From contig OZ059894.1 in the NCBI GenBank assembly GCA_964057225.1, forward strand, positions 124,001-188,000: a stretch of DNA of 64,000 nt. Reading direction: 5' to 3'. Made by a program: the position numbers and the translations under genes. Shown here piece by piece: positions 1 to 7,400 of the stretch. A model generated the notes under the pieces. It ran no database searches, was not told the origin of the DNA, and saw nothing but the letters and a program-made list of their open reading frames with translations. Origin of the DNA: Auanema rhodensis (taxonomy: Eukaryota > Animalia > Nematoda). Numbering within the stretch: the stretch's first letter is position 1; every line of letters begins with the position of its first letter.

Positions 1-404
1 ACCGCATCTCTTTATCTTTTACGTGAAGCGAGTTACATACCAAGTGCACATCACGTGTACATTTAATTAGCATAAATTAAAGTTCACGTAAATTTCAAAG
101 TCATGGTTACCATGAACCAATATCAATAAAAATTTGTTTTTAGACTAATATGGACATGGGGAATCTAATTTTGAAAACCGCATCTCTTTATCTTTTACGT
201 GAAGCGAGTTACATACCAAGTGCACATCACGTGTACATTTAATTAGCATAAATTAAAGTTCACGTAAATTTCAAAGTCATGGTTACCATGAACCAATATC
301 AAAAAAAATTTGTTTTTAGACTAATATGGACATGGGGAATCTGATTTTGAAAACCGCATCTCTTTATCTTTCACGTGAAGCGAGTTACATACCAAGTGCA
401 CATC
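1..404. repeat. 176-bp tandem satellite, left flank (about 2.3 monomers)
   Basis: ACCGCATCTC recurs at 1, 177 and 353 (period 176). Same monomer as 11870-64000. The third monomer stops at ...AAGTGCACATC and resumes in register at 11870. Confidence 0.99.
401..404. repeat. 4-bp target-site duplication CATC, left copy
   Basis: Intact monomer reads GTGCACATCACGTG. Left junction is GTGCA-CATC|CGTTCC and right junction is GGAACG|CATC-ACGTG. Confidence 0.95.
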
Positions 405-741
405 CGTTCCGTTATGCTCTCACGTCGATCCTATAGACCAATAAAGCCTACAAGATGAGTGTGATAGTATTCCAGATGTAGCGGTAGATAAAGAGCATAA
501 TGGATAAACATAAGACTCGAGAAAGAAAAGTTTATTATGTCTACATGATTACAATAAGTTATATAAGTCTACATAAAGATATAAAGTGAAAGAGAGCTAA
601 GAAAGGAAGACCAACCATCCATAGTCATTCCATAAGGCAAAGCAGAAGTCTGTGTTCCATATGAAGGGCGTGTCGTCCTCTCTCAGCCTCATGTCGTCTG
701 ATTCTAACCCGCCTGCTACGTATTGATTTCCGAATGGAACG
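405..741 (-). repeat. 3' LTR (337 bp)
   Basis: Direct repeat of 11533-11869 with no difference found by eye. Plus-strand ends are CGTTCCGTT...AATGGAACG (8/9 inverted repeat). Confidence 0.97.
531..536 (-). terminator. Candidate polyadenylation signal AATAAA in the 3' LTR (equivalent site 11659-11664 in the 5' LTR)
   Basis: Plus-strand TTTATT reads AATAAA on the element sense strand. Use of this site is not demonstrated. Confidence 0.5.
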
Positions 742-753
742 TGCCATTTTTTC
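742..753 (-). other. Probable (atypical, A-rich) polypurine tract
   Basis: Sense strand GAAAAAATGGCA directly abuts the 3' LTR; 10 of 12 bases are purines and the position is where a PPT is expected. Confidence 0.5.
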
Positions 754-1438
754 GAGTTTATGTCGCGTCCTCGCGAATAGCAAAATATGTGGCTTGTTTC
801 AATCGTAGCAGAAGGTTTAGTTTTAAAAAATAAAAATTACAATGTTAACATAAAAATAGTAAAGATAAATTACAATATAGTGTTAAACAATATTATCTGA
901 AAATAACTTAATAAAAATTATTTGAAAATACGTGAATATTAAGGAATAAAACAATCTTTTAGAATACCAGGGCTATATTTTGTCAGCGAGAGTGCGCAAA
1001 ATAGCTTTTTAGGCACGACGCTGCATGTCTAACTTGTTTGAGTATAGAGAAACGAGAGTCATGCTATATTATCGATGGAGCTAGCATGTTTCTTCAGCGT
1101 ATTCAAAGCGAATTGTAATAATAAAAAAAAATTAAATTAAATCCCATATAATTTCCGGAATTGAATCATTAACTACTTGATAAGAACTGTTGCTCAGATG
1201 AATATGCAATATAATGTCTCTTATCTTTCATTTCTTCTTTATTTACGGGAAATTATTTGAAATTGATGAAGTTTTATAATCATATATGCTTTGAAACTGA
1301 AATGCTTTTTGATTATTAGCTTACATCTCGTCTTACTCAAGTTTTTCAATGATATAATAATATTAATAGCTCTGGTTTTTTAAAAGAGTGTTGATACAAA
1401 GTTTTACAATAATTTTATCAATCTCGAAATTATTTCTT

Positions 1439-4400
1439 TCATCGTCTTCTTCTTGGTGGTAGCCAATTTTGGTCCGATGGGTCTTCTGGTTCTGTTTCTT
1501 CACTAGAGTCATAGTTATCGTTACCATTTATGACTTTTATGATCTCAATATCGCTGTCGTCGTCCGTGTCATAAGTCGTTGTATTTGATCGCGTGTTTTG
1601 AGCGATTGTATGCTTCATTTTGCGTTCAAAAAGTTTGAGATTGTCTTTGTGTACGTCTTGAATTTTTCCAAATGGATTCTTGAGTTGTACCATGTTTCCT
1701 TCAACGTTGATGACTTCAAATGGTCCATCATATGATTTGCGAAGCTTTTGACCTGGTTTATGCGCTTTAATTGCTAACATAACTTGGTCTCCTTTTCGGA
1801 TATCTCTTTCTTCTATTCGTTGTCGTCCATCATGTTTTCTCTTCGCGGTTTCTTGATGTTTTGCAAGATTTTCTTGAATGATGGTTCTTCTTTCTCCTCT
1901 GATATATTCGGTATTCTCAATTTCTTCCAAGATCTCTGGTTGTAATGTCTCGGGGAATAATTCTTTGTCTAATCTCATACGACTTTCTTTTCCGAATAAT
2001 GCTATGTATGGAGAGATTCCTGTGGTTGCGTGTGTTATTGTATTTAACGCAAAAGTAATTTTTGGTAAATACATGTCCCAATCAGTTACGTCTTCGTTCA
2101 GATAGTGTGTTAATCCTTCTTCTAGCGTTCTGTGTAGTCTTTCGACTTGTCCATTAGAATTTTTCTGATGAGGGAGTGTTGGCTCGTGTTTAATGCCAAG
2201 TTGTTCACACATTTCTTCAAATTTCTTTGATACAAAATTAGATCCACGATCGGTTATTAAACGATTTGGTGGTCCAAAAATATATACGAAATTCCTGAGG
2301 AATCTATCAATGATGACATCGGTGACAATTGTTGGTATAGCGATGGTTGTCGCCCATTTGGAGAATGAATCTTGTATTGTTAGGACATAATTGTTGTTTC
2401 TTTTTGAAGTAGGGAATGGTCCCATAATATCCATATGTATTCTCTCAAATGGTTTTGATGGTATTTCAAATTGACCCATAGGCTGAACGGTCATAGCGTG
2501 AGGATCTTTCTTCCTTTGTGCGCATTTAACGCATTGTTTCACAAAAATTGCTATGTCCGTTTGCATATTTGTCCAGCAGAATCTTCGTAGTATGGCTTCT
2601 TTAGTTTTGTTAATTCCTTGATGTGCTCCAATTGCTGGGTCTTCGTGAAATTCTTCGATAACCTTGTTGATAAGTTCGCTTTCCCTTGGTAAAATCAAAG
2701 CTGGGTGTGGTCGTTTTCTGCTTGGTTTTGTGTATAACATGTTGTCAATAACACAATAACGATCATTAGAAAGCATGTTCTTTTTCGCTCTGTATTCTAT
2801 TTCGGCGATAGTTCTCTTTATCCAAGGTGTATCCTCTTGAATTGCTCTAATGTCAGGTACATTAACGAAATTAATTTGAGCTTTCGGAATTTCTTTTGTT
2901 TTCTTTTTCTTTTCCGGTTTAGGATCGTTTGCTTCATCTCCAATGTATCGTGAGAGAGCATCACAGACTTTGTTTAGTCTGCCTTCTCGGTATCTTATCT
3001 CGATATCGTATTCCTGTATGACTAATTGAAATTTTGCTAGTCTTCCAAAAAGGTCTCTACGAGTCAATAAGCTTGTTAATGGTCGATGGTCTGTGATACA
3101 GATTGTATGTGATCCAAGTATATATGTTCGAAACTGAGCTAAAGCGTATACGAGTCCTAACGCTTCTATTTCAATAGGAGCATAGTTGCGTTCCGCTTTT
3201 ACAAGTTTACGGCTTGCAAATGCAATTGGATGTAAATTTTTGAGTGGTTCATTGGGATCTTCAGGTTGTAATAACACTGCTCCCACTGCGATATTACTAC
3301 CGTCACTTTCTATAATGAACATACGGTCTGATCTTGGTGGTTTTAAGACCGGTGCTTGGATCAATTTTCTTTTTAGTGTATCAACAGCTTGTTGACTTTT
3401 GTCATTCCATTGAAATTCCACATCAAGTTTTGTAAGGTCGTATAAAGGGCTTGCGATGTGTGCAAAATCCTTAATAAATTTCCGAAAGAATCCTACCATT
3501 CCCAAAAATGCTCTTACTCCTGTAGGTGACTTTGGAGCAGGATAGTCTTGAATGGCGGATACTTTCTGTGGATCTGGTTTGACCCCATCTCTTCCGACAA
3601 TTAAACCAAGAAATTTTACTTCAGGTCTTGCAAAAGCGCATTTCTTGAGTTTTATTTTCATGCCTAATTTCTTTACTTCTCTGAGAATCTCAGCTATATC
3701 GTCAAGATGTTGTTCTGCAGTGTCTGATATAACGAGTAAATCATCCAAATAAACAAAGAGTCGGCATTTACATCGGCTTTGAAGGTATCGTACTGCTGTT
3801 TGAAAGGTATGTGGCGCTCCACATAACCCCATAGGCATCCTTCTATATTGATAAGTACCGGTGTTTGTTGTAAATGCTGTTAATGGTCGATCTGATTTCT
3901 TTAATGCTATTTGGAAGAATCCGGATACTAAATCAAAGTTAGAAAAATATTGTGATCCGGCTGCCATATCGACAATGTCAGAGATGTTAGGTATGATGTA
4001 CGTTTGCTTGCGAGTGACGTTATTTAGAGCACGGAAATCGGTTACGAAACGGAATGTTTCATCTTTCTTTTTGACTAAAACTACAGGACTATTGAAAAGA
4101 GATGTGGATGGTTCAATTATATTTTGCTTCAGCATCTCCTGTACCTGTCTTTCGACTTCTTCTTGTTTGCCTATAGGGATACGCGTTATACGCGGTCTAG
4201 GCATGTCCATATCTGTTCTTAGAGGTATTGAATGCTCTACAGGTCCTTTAAATAGTCCTATTTGTTTATCCTCATTTAAAAATGCATCTCTATTACGTAG
4301 AATACAAAGCTGAAGAAGATCTTTTTGTTCTTTAGTTAGGTCGGCGTCTTTTAAATCAAGATCGTTCATAAAGTCCTGAGGAAAATGAGGTAATTTATTT

Positions 4401-7400
4401 TCCCAATCCGCTTCGGGTGGTATATAGTCTGGATTGTGTTCGGTCGTAAAGATCTCGTATTGTGGCAGTACGCCTATTTTTGCTTTGTCAATAATGTTTC
4501 CGGGTGATAGATCAATAGGATGATCAGTGTTGTTTTTGAATGTCATGGTAATTGAATTGACGTCTCGAAATGCTGTTTCGTAGGTGGTAGATATCGTCTT
4601 TTCTTCATCGGGTTGTAGCACGGCGACTTCGTTGTGTGATATGGGTTCAGCTAACCTTACTGGTATTCTACAGGTCTGGTGAGGAAAGATACATTGTGGA
4701 CTTAAATTTATCAAATTAATGACAAATGATGTTTTTCTGATATTCCCGTTATTTCCATTGGCTAACGGTACTACGCGGTCTCCGATTTCTAACGTTTGTT
4801 TGAATGGTCGAAGTTTCATACCGATATTTTGACGATCGAGTGTTTTCATAAAATCTAATCCAATTAATGCTGGTGATGGACAGTCTTCATCTCTTGAAAT
4901 GAAGAATGTATGATCTATTTCATATCCAGCGATTTCTACGGTTAAATCAATTGTTCCCAGAAATCGAAATGCTGATCCGTTTGCTGTCGTTGCAACTGAT
5001 TTATCCTTTTTTACAAAATCATTCAAAGTTAAGTAATGTAATGTCGAGAGTCTGATATAACTAATCGATGATCCTGAATCCCAAAGAGTTAGGATTAGTC
5101 TATCGTTAACAGTCATCAATAGCAGTGGTAGAGTTTGGTCTTTGCGATTGGAAACTGAACAAACTATGGGCATAGCTAGTGGAACTAAAGTGAGAAACGA
5201 TGGATAGTACTGTTTCATTATGTTCCTTGGTATTGGCTGATCAGGTTGACTTACTAGCTCTAATGTTTCTTCATATGTGGGAAGATCGTTGGTTTGATCT
5301 CGGAGTTCGATATGCATGACTTGCATGCCTATTGGTTTGAAGAAATATATTTTCGCAACAAAGGCTAGTACGATCAGTATAACTACAATAATTGTAATTG
5401 CTCCAATAGTGATGAGTGTTCGTTCAATCGTTCCTGCTATTGTATCGACAAAAGAATTCCATGTACTTTTGGTGAATTCATTGGCTTTGGAGATGTAATC
5501 ACTACTTTTCTTCAATATGCTGAATGCTGATGATATTTTTGGATCATGATGAATTGTGTGAAGCACGTGATTTTGACGAATCGATGCTAAACTAGCACCA
5601 TAAGCAATGGCTGTTGTCATTGAGTACACTCGAGATGATAAGTTGGTGTATAAGTGTGCTCCGGTGAATTTTAATGGCGTGATCTTTTCATGATGAAGTC
5701 CGTCCCACATGGATATGAGACTGACGTCTACAGTACCATTAATTCCTTTCCATTCACCGTCTGTTGACCATACGTCTGTTGGTACGTGATCACAGTTAAT
5801 TTCTTTACCATGAGGTAATAGGTCTTTCGATCCTGGTGCGGCAAACAGTAATTGTCCTTCTTGTGTTAATACTGGGGTTTCGAGATAACATGTGCCATTC
5901 ACAGTGTGATTGTGATATATAGTCTTTTGTAATACTACCGGGCAAACATGTATATGTAATATCTCGCTGCCTACAAATCTTGCGGCTATATCTTCTCTTC
6001 CCAGTATTGTACGCATAGCTATTGTTGGTTCAATTTGTAAAATTGATCTCCATAATTCAAGATACCTATTTTGGATCTCACATATTGATTCGTATGACTC
6101 TTTAAAATGTTTCTGCAGTTCTTCTTGAATCATAGTTGTAGCATATTGCAAATGATCTTGTGCAATTCTGCTTGTTATGTTTTGGCGAAACTGTTGTTCG
6201 GAGTCAATTTTTGTGGCAATGTATTGAGCATTAGCCTGTACAGACTCTATATCGGTGGCTGTAGGTGTTGATGATGCTCTATGTTTACGAATCAAGGATA
6301 TTGGTGTATATGTTGTTTCTTCCATTATTGGGATTTGTTGATCTTGATAAACAGCGTAGAGAATAGTAGTTGGCGGCGCGCGGGTCGATATTGTTGCGCG
6401 CGCGGTTGTCGTTGCGGTTGTATGGCGCGCCGTTGTTTCGGGCTGGGCCATCGATGAAGGCGCGCGCGCGGTAGTTGCTGCGGCTGCCCGAGGGCTTGTA
6501 GATGTTTGCGGCAGTATTGCGGAATCTGTTGTGATCAGCGCCTCACGATCGATTATAGGGAGGGCTGCCATCTCGGCCGCGCCGCCTGCCGCGTTGCTTG
6601 GCGCACGCGTCGTGATTTGCAACGATTTAAGTTGGATTTTCTCTGTCATTAATCTTTTTAACTGTTCTGATGATATTCTACTAGATGTATTAGGCAAAAT
6701 ATTATCGTTTAGTAGTGGTAAAAATATTTCCAATAATAAGTCCTTAGAGATGTTGTTGGGCTCTTTGAGCTTGGGATGTGGTCCAATTGGTATTCCAAAA
6801 TTATTCTTGATGTCATAGAACAATTTATCAGTATCAAGTACAAACATTCGTGAAGATGGAATGTTTATAAATTTTATGTCATCGATATCAGCTGCTGTTT
6901 TATTTCTTCTAAGCGTAACGAGAGTTTTTAGCTCATGTACAAGGTCAATTGTATCTTTTATAAATTTGCTGTTTCTTTCTTCTTGATCAGTTAATAATTG
7001 TTTCCTTATTGGTGGCATTTTTACGAATGTTTTTAATATTTCTTGTCTTGATGGAACTGTTAATTTGTCTTCAATTATAACTGGTGTATTGGCTAAATCA
7101 AGAGCGATAGTTTCAGCACGCTCTCGATAAGTGCCTTCTTTTGTACGAATTAACTGATCAAATTCAATAACGGTCAAACGATCTGATATTTGTTGAAGAA
7201 GTTGCCTGGATGTTAAATAAGATATTCCAGCTTTAGTAGCTAAAGCTAATTCTCTTTGAGCAACATATTGTAAAATGGCTTCGTCTTTATCACGGAAATC
7301 ATATTGTTTGAGAAAATGTCTTAAAGATTTCTCATAAATTTGAATTTTAAAGAAAAATTCAAAATTTTCGCGATGGGCTATTATCCATTCTTTTAACGAA

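Noticed and set aside
1439-1700. Chromodomain at the integrase C-terminus
   Set aside because: No chromodomain aromatic-cage or Y-L-V-K-W pattern; the tail is acidic and low-complexity.
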